Positions 24,498-37,228 of a stretch of DNA of 64,000 bases are shown piece by piece; position 1 is the stretch's first letter, and each line of letters starts with the position of its first letter. Source of the stretch: Vitrella brassicaformis CCMP3155 (lineage: Eukaryota; Protista; Chromerida); contig CDMY01000420.1 of assembly GCA_001179505.1 (NCBI GenBank), forward strand, positions 16,412 through 80,411, in the 5' to 3' direction. The notes beneath the pieces were generated by a model. It was not told the DNA's origin. It did not search any database and saw only the letters and a list, made by a program, of their open reading frames with translations. The position numbers and the translations under genes are program-made.

Positions 24498-26674
24498 ATG
24501 GAGTTCTTTAAGAGGATAAGATCGTGGCAGCCGGCATTCACGGCATGCGCTGCTCTGCTCTGCGTCTGCTTCCGTCGCGCCGCCTCTCTCCGGCCACCGT
24601 CGTCGGCATTCGTCGTCTCGCCATCAGCCCCTTTCAGCACTCAAACAAGACGGACAATGCCCCTTGGGAGTGGGGCGCGGCAGCAGAATGTCATGATGAC
24701 CTCAACGGTGATGGAGCCGGCTGTGTCTACTGTGGATGAGGAGAGCCCGAAGGCATATGCGGGGGAGCTGAAGCCTCTCACCAATGCCTCGGCGACGGTT
24801 GTGTGCATCGTCCCTGCTGCTGGCCGTCCCGGGCACAAGAGCCACTTCCTGACTAAGCCGTTTAAGGAACAGGTGGAGTGGCCGGATGTGCTGCAGCACA
24901 TGGCAGAGCGGCTCACATGGAGCAGCCCCAACTTCAAACTCAAGGTACACTGACCGGGGGGATGGATGAGCTTCGCCATAACACACACACTGAGCTGACG
25001 CCTTGAACTGTGTCCAGATTTTCACCGAGGATGTTCTCTCGTCGCCCACTGCCCCGTCCAACCTTTCTGCCGCCCTGTCGAATGCCAACATCCTTCTCAC
25101 GCTCAACGTGCACGACCGGCAGGCCCTCACCAACCTCAAAGCCATCGTCACCAACACACAGATGGGCTCGCGGACCAACGAGAGTGCCCCCTTTCTCCCC
25201 ACCATCCTCTCATTCGGCCTAGGCGGCCGCAGCTCGCCCGTCGAGAGCCTGCAGAGGATGGGCGGCACTCCTGTGGGCTCCTTCGTCCGAAAGGTGAGCG
25301 CGCGAGTGGCGCCATGGTCGCGGGTGAGCCGTGCGTTGAAGACGAAGCGGGTGCTCGACATTCTATGGCAGCGGCGCAGTTCGGACGACCTGCTGTACTT
25401 TATGGAGGTGCTGATAGACAGCTATGTGGCTGACATTCCTCTGGTTAAGAGCCAGCTGGGGATGAAGGAAATGGGGAGTGGGGTGCTCAAGTGCATGTGG
25501 ACCAACTGCCAGGACCAGATCATCGAGTGCATGAAGTCGCCGGCCTGCCGACAGGCGCTATTCTGCCTCACCAACTGCCCACTCAACGACCAAGTAGACA
25601 GACAGACAGAGAGGGAGGACAGCTGGCCCATTGCTCACGAGCAGACACACGAGTGTGGGTGTGTCTGTCGTGTCGTGTGTGGCTGTTCGTTCAGGTGTGC
25701 ACCTACCGTTGCATCGTGACGCACGAGAGCCCTGCCTTTGAGGCCTTCTCTCTGTGCATCCTGCAGAAGCACAACTGCCTCAACAACTCGGCCCCCATCC
25801 CCGTGTACCCCCGCCCCGAGCCCCTCCGTACCTTCAAAGGCAAACCCCTCACCTACGAGTCCGCAGAGGACATCTACGTCGGGTGGCTTGGCCAAGATCC
25901 CTGGAGCTGGAAGGTCGTCGCCGGCAAGAATCCCGCTTATGGTACGGTACGCACCTCACCCCCACCCCGCCCTGCCCCTCCCCACACACATGCATCTTCT
26001 TGCTCATGGCGCGTTCCTCCCTCGCCAAACTGTCACATGGACGGTGTGGTGTGTGGTGTGATATGTTTGTTAACACAGACTTCTTCCCCAATCAGCACCA
26101 AATCTTCTACAGGGGCAAGAGGTCCGCATTCTGGTATGACCCGGTCTTCCGCGTGACCACCTATGACGGCCGCGTCGTGTGGCGGAGGCGGCACTATCGC
26201 GTCAAGCGAGCCGCGGAGCCGGGCACCTTCTGGTTCTCTGTGCTGGACAATGGGGTGACGTCCAATGAGTACTGGACGATCCTCGACTGTGCCGACGATT
26301 TCTCCTGGGCGATCTTCCACTACTCGGGGGCGGCGTCTGTGGCTGGCCAGCAGTACCGTGGTGCTTTGGTGGTGAGCCGGGATGGGGCGTGGCCCAAGAT
26401 CGACGGCATGGAGACCCGCAGGAGGATTGAGGCGGCACTCGATAAGGCCGGCGTCAAGACATGGGTAGGTAACACAGACACACCAAGCCAGCAGCACTGA
26501 TGGATGGATCCATTGCTCTGCTCTCTGTGTTTGTGTGTGCAGGAGTTGTATGAGGTGGTCAATGATGGTTCTGAGGGTGCACCCTTGGGGCTGCCGGACA
26601 GCGGGGCGCCGATGGCTGAGCAGTACCAAGAGGTCAGGCCGCCACAGCAGCCGGTGCAAGCTGCAGTGGCATGA
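24498..26674 (+). CDS. VDR: Violaxanthin de-epoxidase-related protein (VDR), plastid-targeted
   Basis: Cys-rich CLTNCPLNDQVCTYRCIVTHESPAFEAFSLCILQKHNCL, WSWKVVAGKNPAYDFFP, FWYDPVFRV, VWRRRHYRV, PGTFWFSVLDNGVTSNEYWTI and FHYSGAASVAGQQYRGA match the VDR lipocalin subfamily. The N-terminus is signal-like and followed by SSAFVV and a S/T/R-rich transit-like stretch. Confidence 0.92.
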
Positions 26675-27363
26675 GTGGGGATGTGAGTGTGTGTGTGAGT
26701 GTGAGTGTGTGTGAGAGAGGGGTGCGTCAGTAGGCAGTTGTCATGACGAGATGTGACGTGACATGACGTCGTGTAGTCAGTGAGGTCCAGCCAGGGGCGG
26801 TCAGTGTGTATTTCTTGGGTATATAGGCAGAGAGACACGTTCACTGAGCGGTCGATTTCTGGTGTGAGAAGCGAGCGACAAGTGTACGTTTCTGTGTCAA
26901 GGGTTGGTTGTTGTGTTGATGCTTGTTGCCGTGGGGAACTGGTGCACATCTGTCTGTCTGTCTGGGGAACTGGTGCACATCTGTCTGTCTGTCTGTCTGT
27001 CTGTACAATGATTAGGCAGACACACATGACACGAACATGCAATGGAATGCAATGCAGGTCATTTCTCCATGGCAAGATCTTATCGCACACACACACACAC
27101 ACGCACACGCACACGCACACAGACACAGGGGCACATGACATGCTGCAATGAACGATCGCATGCAGGATGGACTACTGCAACTATACGTGTAGGTATAGCG
27201 CCATCCCCCCAACCCTTAATTGCCACACAGACATGGATGGGCAAGCTTATCCGACTCTCTCTCCCTCTCTCTTTCTCTCCCTCTCTCTCTCTCTCTCTAC
27301 GTGTGGCGTGGTCCCCATGCTCTAATTGTCGTGTCCATCCATCCATCCATCCATCAGTTGTCG

Positions 27364-28551
27364 TCATGTCCCTCCCATTCGAGATGTGTGCCCTTTGCTG
27401 AGCAGCGCATCCAACATGTGCTCGGCACTCTCGTCCTCCGCATCACCTGCCTCTGCCTCATCGCATGTGCCGCCGGCCGCTCCCATGTTGTCGCTCGATG
27501 GCTGTTGGCCCGTCGTCGACTGCATGATGGCCGATGGGAGCTCCTCAGGTGAATGGGGTGTGGGGGGTCGTTGGGGCTGCTCATCCTCCGCCAGGCCGAT
27601 GCTCGAGTCCATGCTGCCGCCCTCCAGCAGGCCGCCCTCCAGGTCGAGCGACACTCCGCTAATCACACTGTCCGCACTGTCACGGAGGCCGTCTAGGGCC
27701 CTACTCCGTCCAAACAGGTCGGGAAAGAGGCTGCTGCCGGTGCCCCTGCTGATGCCTGGGTCGCGGTAGTTGATCTCTCGGGACAGCCCCAGCAGTGTGC
27801 TGGATGCCGGGAGGGTGTCGGTCTTGTCTCCGCCCCCCAGCCGGCGGAGCATGTCGTCGAATCTCTCTATCCCCACACCCACGCCGCCCTCCCGCACGTC
27901 GAGCAGGGGGTCCGTCGTCTCTGTCTTCTCTGTCTTCTCCCTCTCCCCTGTATCCTCCCCCTCTCTGCCATCGCCATCGCCATCGCCATCGCCATCGCCT
28001 TTGTGTCCCTCCTCCTCGACGACCCGCCCCCATCTCCTGTTTGTCCGTGTGTCGGTGTCGTGCTCCTCCGTGCGGTCCTCGCGCGCCTGGCCCTTGGGTC
28101 TGTCGTCCTGGTTGTGGTGCTGGTTGAGTGAGAGTGTGCCACCACGCCGCGTGTTGTTGAGGCCGATGGATGTGTTGGTGGACATCCGGAGGCCGTGTAG
28201 GGCGCGGGGGTCCTTCTTTGTGGATGTGAGGAGGGGGTTGGCCGGGGCGGCGGATGGGTCGGCTGGGCGGTAGAGGGCGGCGTTGGCTCGCGGGTCCTCC
28301 ACCAGCTGCGGCGGCATCGGCAGCTCGCCCGACTCCAACACACATCTGAGCAGCTCGGCCTCCTGCGTGCATGTGCAGGGAGGGACGTTTGTGTATGTGT
28401 TTGTGTGTATTGGGAGTGCATGAAGCTGACGTACGCACCGTTGGGTTGAATGTGACTCTTCGGATGCGGTCGATTTCGCGGATGATGTCGGGCAGGTACT
28501 CAGTCGGGGTCGCCTGGGGCTCCCACGGAAACACACGCCTCCACTGACACG

Positions 28552-28588
<37 letters not shown>

Positions 28589-29485
28589 TGCCCATCCATT
28601 CGTCCATTTGTGGGTGGGTGGGTGAGTGAGCACCATTTTCCAGAACATGCGCAGAAGGGACTTGGGGTCCAACCTGGGCAGACTCTGATGATCCGAGAGA
28701 AATACGCCATGCACACCGGCCACCCCCATATTCCGCCCACCCGCCCGCCCGCTCACCGACCTTTTTGTCGAAGACTTCGTGTTGCTGCTGAATCTGGTCC
28801 ACACATTCCATCACCAGCCCACACACCATAAACACCTGAGTGCACGCCAACACACACACACACATACATCAACGCTCGGCCAGCTGGCTAGCCCTTTTAC
28901 CCCCCTCCCTCCCTCCCTCCCTCTGTCTAACATAAGTAAGTCACTCACTGACCGCGCCTTTGATGAGTGGGCCGACCATGTCCTCCACCTTGGTGCTGAG
29001 TGTGTATGAGAGGTCCCGGCGGGCGGCCTCCAGGCGGCTGATGACCACCAGCCCGTGGGGGTCGGACGCCTCCTCGCGGGACACACGACGGTACACCAAC
29101 ACATACGCCGACCGCTGCAGAGGCGTATTTGAGAACATCCACGCATCACACACAGGCAGGGGAGAGGGATGTGTGTGGTGTGGTGTGGTGTGGTGAGCTG
29201 ACGACTGACCTTGTGGGTGCTTCCGCCCTCGGCGTCCTTGCGCAGCTGATCCTCTAAACAGTCCTCTACCTGCGTCCATCCACACGTCAATGGCCGTGGA
29301 CATGTAGGCAGTAGGCAGTGTGGTATTTTGGGGGTGGTGTGGTGTGGTGTGGGGGGTGAGCGCACTGCCCACCGTGTGATTGTCGATTTTCTGCCAGATG
29401 GTGTCTTGGATCTGGTGGTGTGAGCCGCCCCGCTTGTAGAGGAAGTAGTGGCCCTCACTCAGCTCGCCCTCGTGAATCACAACAA

Positions 29486-29518
<33 letters not shown>

Positions 29519-32500
29519 GCACACGCACAGGCACACCCGGGCACGCACACTTTAACAGATGCAGAGGCGGAGCGCACCAACACCCACCTTCATGCACGTG
29601 TGCCATGCATGCCGTCTGTCTCCCTACCTCGAGGCGATAGATGGTTTGCTGGTCGATGTAGAAGAGACGCGCCTCCTCACTGCCCTCATCCACGCCCTGC
29701 ATGCCATCCAACAGAAAGGACACACGCACGCCGCACGCCGTGTGTTCCTCCCTCCCTCCCTCCCTGTGCTGTGCCTGCCTGTGGTAGTGTGGTGGTGAGT
29801 TTGTTGGTCATGAAGTTGAGGTTGAGTTCCATCTCGAGGGGCACTCGGTGGTTGGTCTTCTCGCCAGCCTCCTTGTCCGCGGCGTACGCGTACCGATCCA
29901 ACACGATGAACGCCATGAGCGGGATCTCATACGACAAACTGACATATAGTATATGACCACACAAACACAAACCCGCCATCCATCCATCCATCCATTTAGG
30001 AACCTACCTCTTGATGGCCTTGGTCTGCTGCTGGTCCTTCATGTGGTCCTGGAGGAGAGTCTTGAGATCGGTGTCCTCCTCAGGCCTCACGTTGAGTACG
30101 AAGTTGGTCATGTCGGTGCGGGAGGAGCTCTCCACACCATCCTCCTCACGAACGGCTACCATCGCACCTGCACACACAACCAACAAACCAACAAACCAGC
30201 CATAGAGAGAGATGAGGGAGCGCGTCTGTTCTGTGATGCTGACTCACTCACCGCTGAGGACATTGCGGCACTCTTCGGCGAAGTGGCGCACCCCAGCATT
30301 GCGGTACTCTACCTTGAATCGCAGACCCTCCTCACCTTCAACTCGCCCACATTCGGCCCCTCCCTTGCTGTCTGCTGCCCCCTGCGCCCCCTCTGCTCCT
30401 TCATCCCGCCCAGCTGCCGTCTTGTCCCCCGCCTTGTTCTCGCCCCCGCCCCCACTGGCAGGCGACCGTGGTGTCTCCTCCGCCTCTCCCTCTCTAGCAG
30501 TGGACACGCCGCTGGCCGTCTCGGTCACCGCTGTGGTGTTGGCCGACGGACGGGGGGGCACCGAGCCGCTGCCATCCGGAGGTGGATGGGGGTGGGTGGT
30601 GGGAGTCGGATTGCCGAAGCGTTTACGGATGTGGGCGTTGCATGCCTTCTCCTCCTTGGCGATGTTCTCGAGCTTGTCCTTGGTGAGCCAGGACATGCCC
30701 ATGGGCGACAGGCCCAGCAGGCGGGACGTGCCGTCGAACACCTCCGTGATGTCCTCCTGACCAGACAGACACAGCCAAACAGAGAGGCGACACACAGATA
30801 GATAACACATACAGGAGGGAGGGAGGGAGGGAGTGAGCAGACAGTGAAGTGAGCCCAGACGGACCTGTGTGCCATTGAAGTGCGTGAAGAAGAGTGGGGC
30901 GACGTTGCAGAAGGACAAAGGGGTGGCGTGCAGCACGGCCAGGTGGACTGCCAGCTCCTCGCCGAACTCCCTCACGGCCCTTGTCACCTCCTCGCACTCG
31001 CACAGCGCCTCCAGGCGGCCCTGATTCCTCATCTGGCGCATCCAGTCGTTGATGCTGGCCGCGCTGTGCTGCCAGCCGGCCGGGATGGTGTAGGGTGGGC
31101 AGGCGGACCAGGTCAAGTTGTGCTGGGAGGTGGATGACCATGTGTATGCGTTCCAGAGGGCCCGGCAGAACTCGGGAGTGTGGGCGAAGATCAGCAGCAG
31201 CACCTGCATATATATCAACCAACACGCACACCGAGGCAGGCAGACAGGCCGACGTAGTGAGCCATCCATCCATCCAGCTGCAGCTAGCTGGTCAGGCGGG
31301 CCATGCATTGCCTTTGTTTCTTCTGTCTGCCCACCATGAAGAAACACCCATTGCCGGGGTTCGACAGGGCCGCCGGCACAAACACATCCAACACCGTCCT
31401 GCAGGACAACACAACAACATGGATGGATGGATGGATGGACGCCTCCATCACTGTGTAGCTAGCTAGCTAGCTAGCTACCCACCCCACTGACCCGTCGGCC
31501 TGCGTGACGCGTCTGAATGGCCTGATGTGTGGGTAGACGATCTTGCCGTCCTTGAGGCTCTCCAGGAGCGCCAAGGCCATCTCCCAATCGTCATTGAGAT
31601 TCCGTCGTGAGGACAACACCTGCCGCTCAGCCTCCTTGGCCGCTAACCCGTCGATGCCGCACTTGACGGGAATGAGCTCCACCGTCCGCCCGTCGCCCAC
31701 CGCCACGTCCCGGGGCTGCAGCTCATCCGCCATGTCCCCCGCCAGCAGCAGGGTGGGAGAGATGGGCGACATCGGCTCACCACCCGACACACCACCGCCA
31801 CCACCACCACCACCACCAGCAGGGGGCGTCTGACCCGACCCACCATGCTCTCCGGGCTCTCCTGCCGCTCCTTCTGTGGTCGGCGATTGGTCGTTGGCGT
31901 GTGCGGGTATGGTGATGTTGATGGGGTGGGGCCGCATGAACATGGGATCGAAGGGGCCGCAAAACATGGGATCGCGTAGGGGGGGCATTTGCCACCCCAA
32001 GGAGCGGTAGAGTTGTTCCAATCGGTCCAGCAAAGACTGACGGAGCATCTGCAGATCCCAAGTTTTCTGATGCATACGTAGCAAACATCCATCAGCCGAC
32101 ACACAGACGAATTGGCCCTTGTCTCCCCTGCCTGTGTGTGTGCCTGTCTGTGTGTGCCATCCATCCATCCATCCATCCCCAACATCTATCCCTCGTCGGT
32201 CACTCACTCACCAGCATGCCCTTTGAGAGTATCTTCCGATCGGCTTCTCTCATGAGCTCCAGCTTCTGCACCCGAGCCATGAGGTCGCTGTGCGCCTTGC
32301 GGGACGCCTCCTTGTACTCATGCAGTTCCTTTTCCTGCCGCTGCAGAGCCGCCTTGAGCATGCTGTTCTCCTTGGCTAGCTCGTCCGTGGTCTTGAGCCA
32401 GCTCGGGCCCTTGGTGGATCCTGCTGCTGCTCCAGACGCACCCAACACACTACCAGCCTGCACACCCACACACGCACACACACACACACACAGAGAAAGA

Positions 32501-33398
32501 GAGAGAGATGGAACTATGCGGCACTCCCTCCATCTTCCCCGTGTCCACCCACCCCAGGCTCACTCACCGTCGAAGGCAGGGTGTCCCTCTGGTCAGCCAG
32601 CCCCCTACTGCCCCGCGTCAGGCGCTCCCCTGCCCCCGCCACACCCCCCTCCACCTCACCCGTCGAGTTCCACCGCAGCGGCTGCCGCACGAACGGACCC
32701 CGAGTCGAGCTCAGAAATCTGCTCGAGGTGGGCAGCGGCAGCTCGCCACCATTGAACACCTCAGACAAAGACGACAGCCCCCGCCGCCCCTGCCCGGTGG
32801 TGCTGCTCTCCGGCTGGGTGAACGCTGAACGCAGTGCACAGGGGCCATTTGTACGGTACCGCGAGGAGAGGAGCGAGGTCGTGGGCTGCTGGGTGGATGC
32901 GAGGAGCTTGAGGGGGAGGGTGGAGGGTGGCACTGGCGAGTCGAGGATGCGCTCGGTGCGGATCTGGCGGAAGCGCCCCGATGATCCGCCACCTACATCG
33001 CCCGCAGCAGCCACAGAGGACGTCACACCGGCGGCCGCACCGTCCTCCCCTCTCGGACACTGCCCGCCCCTCTCCATGGCGGCTAGCCGGGCGCCAATGA
33101 CGGCCGTGGGTCTGCGTGGCTCGGGCGCTGGCGAATGAGCCTCAGGGCTGCTGAATTTCCATGAGTTGTCGTTGTTGGTCTCTGACATGGTCTTTTTCGG
33201 CGCCTCGCGGGAAGATGCGGCCGGGAAAGAGGCGCGGAAGCTGTTCAGTGACGATTGGGCTACGGGACCGTCGTGAGATGGCGCATCTGTGGGCGAAGGG
33301 CTGTGCGATTGGTCGGCCGTCGACGTCTGGACTTGGTGGAGGCGGCGGAGGGTGGACTCGGGATCCTTCTCCGGCGTGGAGCCGACGGATGAGGACAT
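27364..33398 (-). CDS. Ubiquitin-specific protease (peptidase C19), large, with disordered termini
   Basis: Cys box PAALSNPGNGCFF, QEDITEVF, LDRYAYAADKEAGEKTNHRV, His box VVIHEGELSEGHYFLY...WQKIDN, and SAYVLVYRR. N-terminal coiled coil ELAKENSMLKAALQRQEKEL. Confidence 0.85.
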
Positions 33399-33863
33399 GG
33401 TATGAGTGAAGACCAGGCTTTGCGCTGCAGTGATTTACAACGATTTACTGCACTGCTTTGTAGTTTTCCGTTTGCTCTAACCTTCTGGAGGGAAAAACTC
33501 CGGTCGGTGTGCGCTGCGAGTGATGAACAAAACCGCATTCTCTCATCATGTGGACCGTTGCGTCCATCGCATCTTCCGTCTCATCATCTCATGTCGTATC
33601 TATCTATCCATCTATCTGGCTTGCTGGCTGGGTGGCTGCACTCACCTCACTCGTGCTAGCCACCACGCCAGCATTCATGGGACGGCAGCGTTAATGCGAT
33701 GGAAAAAGTCAGCTGCTCACTCGACCACATCTCAGCTAGCTGTCGCATGCACTGATGCTCTCACTCTGTAGCTAGTGCCACCATCCACCGCATCATCAAT
33801 CACATCACCTATGTACACCATCCATCCATCCATCCATCTGTAGGCCCACACCACACCCATCGG

Positions 33864-35053
33864 TCAGAACTGGTAGTAGGGGAAGCCGCCGTCGTTGAGC
33901 ACTGCCTGCGTCACGATGCCGCCGAAGGCAAGCATGGCCAGCCGGCCGTTCTTCAGCTCGCGAGCTCTGCAGACACACGCAGACGCAACCCAACGCATTC
34001 TTAGCCAACCATGAGTGTGTCCGTGGGTACCTACCTCATGGCGTCTTTGGTGCTGTCGTTCTTGTTCTTGTAGAAGTTGAGGGGGTCAAAGTTGTAGTCA
34101 CCGGGCTCCCTCTCCGCGTAGAAGCCGCGCGTGAAGTCCCAGATCGTGATGCCGCGGAAAAACTCCAGGAAGCCAGCTGCCAACAGCATCACCTGCACGC
34201 CAACACGCACAGAGAGGCCGACGAAATGAGCCAACCATGGCTGGCTGGTCAGGGCAGGCCATTCACTGCCTTGCCTTTGTGCCCTCCGCCTGCCCACCAT
34301 CATATTCCCGCTGGCGACCATCTTGTCATGTGCCTCGGCAGCGGAGAAGCCCTGGAATTGTGCGCCGGGGAATCTCAGCCCCAGGTCGGTGGCGACGTAC
34401 CCAAGGACACCCATCATGGCCCACCGACAGTGAGCGATCTCCGCCTCACGCAGCCAGTAGTAACCGTCGAGACCCTGCAAACCATCCGACGGACACACAG
34501 CACGTCAAGTGCATGACTTTCCGGCCGCTTTGTGTATGGTGTTGGGTGTGCCCACCTGGCTGAGCGGCTCGGCGTCGTCGTAGAGGAGTGCGCCAGGGAA
34601 GATGGCTCGAGACCAGTTGATGTCCTTCCAGACCGTAGACAGCCTCAATGGGTCGAAAGGCTGCACCACATCAAGCACTGCAACCGTGATGCTGTCCTCA
34701 TTGCGTCTGCGTGTTTCCTGCCTGTCTGACAGACCTTGCCAGGGGAGAGGGCGAGCGCGTTCTCAGGGCCGACGCCTGGGCTGCCCTCGAGGGTCTCTTC
34801 AGATCCAGCCTTCGCCATCTCCAGCTGCGGTGTCCTCCCATCCCTGCCGCTTCGGGATGCAACTAAATCGCCCAGGCGGCCAGATGGCGCCACGAAGGCA
34901 GACCCTGTGGAGGAGGAACCTGTGGATAACAGCAGCACAGATCAGATCACCTCATCGACATACTGATCGCATAGATCTGTTGCCGTGGGCAGGATGAATG
35001 CTACCTGAGGCCACGGCAAGGGAGAGGGCGACAACCACCACTGCTGCCTTCAT
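33864..35053 (-). CDS. Light-harvesting complex protein, red-lineage Lhcr-like
   Basis: Signal peptide MKAAVVVVALSLAVAS then GSAFVAP; FDPL; WLREAEIAHCRWAMMG; GDYNFDPL; RARELKNGRLAMLAFGGIVTQAVL. Confidence 0.93.
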
Positions 35054-35161
35054 CCTCTCAGATCAACAGGGCCTTCTGGGCTCAGTTTACAAATTCGCAC
35101 CGCGATTGCGCAGGGTTTGGATCTGCGCGCTTAAAGGAGCACCACTTGAAGCCTTGACAGC

Positions 35162-36137
35162 ATGAAGTCAGTGATCTGTGCCATCGCTCTGCTCGTGGTT
35201 GGCGCTCATGCATTTGTGCCGCCTACGGGCTTCCAGGGAGCCCTGAGGTCCCGCGGCGCTGCCCGCCCTGCAACCACCATGGGCGCCGTCGATCAGCTGG
35301 CCGGAGCCGACGTCGAGGTGAGTTCGTCCCAACCACTTTGACGCAGGGTGGAAGGTGTCACTTGCATGTCCTCATCCGACCGCCTGGCTTTGTGTGCGCG
35401 TCCATTGATCAGACTGGCGGTGTGTGGGATCCCCTGGGGTTGAGTCAGAATGAGGACGCCCTCTCCCTCTACAGGGCGGCGGAGCTCAAGCACGGCCGCG
35501 TGTGCATGATGGCTGTTTTGGGGGTTATTGTCCAGACCTACTTCCAGCTCCCCGACCCCGTCTTCAACAACCCCAGGCCCCTGGAGGCCATCGTCCAAGT
35601 CTGGCAACAGAGGCCAGAGGCTATCATCCAGGTGCGTACCTACATCACCCACACCGCTGCACACAGGACGCCTGCCCACCATCATACAGTCGGTGTGTGG
35701 CTACTTTCTGTGTCAGATCCTGCTTGCGATCGGGGCGACTGAGCTTTACTTCTTGCGCCAGAGCCCCGAGGACCCGCCAGGCAGCTTGCAGAACTTTGGC
35801 GCCGCCTTCAGGCCACGAGGTGCGCACACGGGAAGCTGACCGCATCAAGTCGCCGTGTCATGGTCGCGCTGTGTGTCCCTTCGTGATCCACAGATGAGGC
35901 CAAGTTTGAGGAGCTGCAGCGGAAGGAACTCAAGAACGGTGGGCAACACACACACAAGACAGACAGCGAAGCGTCCACAGCATTCTCCTGTGTGGTGCGT
36001 GTGTGTGTTCAGGTCGTCTTGCGATGATAGGCATCTCGGGCATGCTGGTGCAGGAGGCGCTGACCGGCCAGGGACCACTGGAGCAGATCCAGGTCGGACA
36101 CATATCGCCTTTCGGGGACGGACAGGGCTACTTCTGA
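35162..36137 (+). CDS. Light-harvesting complex protein, red lineage
   Basis: MKSVICAIALLVVGAHA-FVPP presequence; WDPLGL; YRAAELKHGRVCMMA; ELKNGRLAMIGISGMLVQE; ends GHISPFGDGQGYF*. Confidence 0.95.
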
Positions 36138-37228
36138 TCGACAAATGGGTCGATGGATGCATGGAGACGCGTACAGTAGACCGTGTGACTGACTGACTGG
36201 CCCTGCGTGATGTCTGGTTTGCTTCTCATTTTGCCTTGCCATTCTTGACGGCTGGCTGGGTGGGTGGGGCGGGGTGGGGTGGGGTGGGGTCGGTGGGTGA
36301 AGTGATGGATGCATGGAATGACTGAGGAGGAAAGAAGGAAGGCTTTTTGCGTGTGATGTGATTGATGTGGATATGACGATGTTGAGCCATTGATTGGCGC
36401 CACGTGCGGTGCTTCCACCCCGAGCAAGCGATGGAGGGATGGAATGATGGATGGGTGGATGGATTGCAACAGACAGACAGCTTGCTGCATGGGCAGCAAG
36501 CTAATGCGTGCTGTGGACGCCATTGATGCATGGTGTCCTCGTCATTCAGGGCTGGTCTTCTTTGTTGTCCATGATGTACCTCCGCTGTTCGATCAAGTGA
36601 CATGATCGAAGACGGCAGCGGTACGTCACGGCTTTGGCAAAAAGACCAGCGCTGCACGACAAGAAGAGGACGCTGCTCACTTACTGGGTTCGTATTGAGA
36701 ACCACCCGATGTGCTGCGTGTCTGTCGTCTGTTTTCGTGTCTTCCTCCGTCACGCAACCGCTTGATGTCAGCCCACACATTGGGTGGATGCGTGTGGGGG
36801 TGGGGACGCAGTAAAACAGAAGGCGGGCACCGAGCGAAGGGTGTGCTGGCCACATGGCAGGACGTTGCATGCAGTGAGACAGACAGACCTCTGCGATACG
36901 CACGCAAGGAAGATATTTTTGCATGTTATCGGGCTGCCAATTCGCCATGTGTCGCCAATGCTGATCACATCTTCATAGGAACAGGCGCCAATCCCTCACT
37001 CACTCACTGAATGCCATGCAAAATGGTCTGTGTTCCACCACGCAGCCCGTCTGTCCCTATGGCTGTCTCCATCGGTGTCACACACTCGGTTACTGGTCAA
37101 TCGTCATGCGGGATGCCACTGGCTGGCATCGTCGGGCGACAGGGCACTCTTCACCTCCAACACTGAGCGCCAGTCAGGCGACGGATACCTTAAACGCACA
37201 CAGACAGACAGACAATCGGTGTCTCCGA

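Noticed and set aside
26932-27000. 31-bp direct duplication (TGGGGAACTGGTGCACATCTGTCTGTCTGTC)x2
   Set aside because: Ends in a (TCTG)n tract, which is typical slippage duplication in 3' non-coding DNA.
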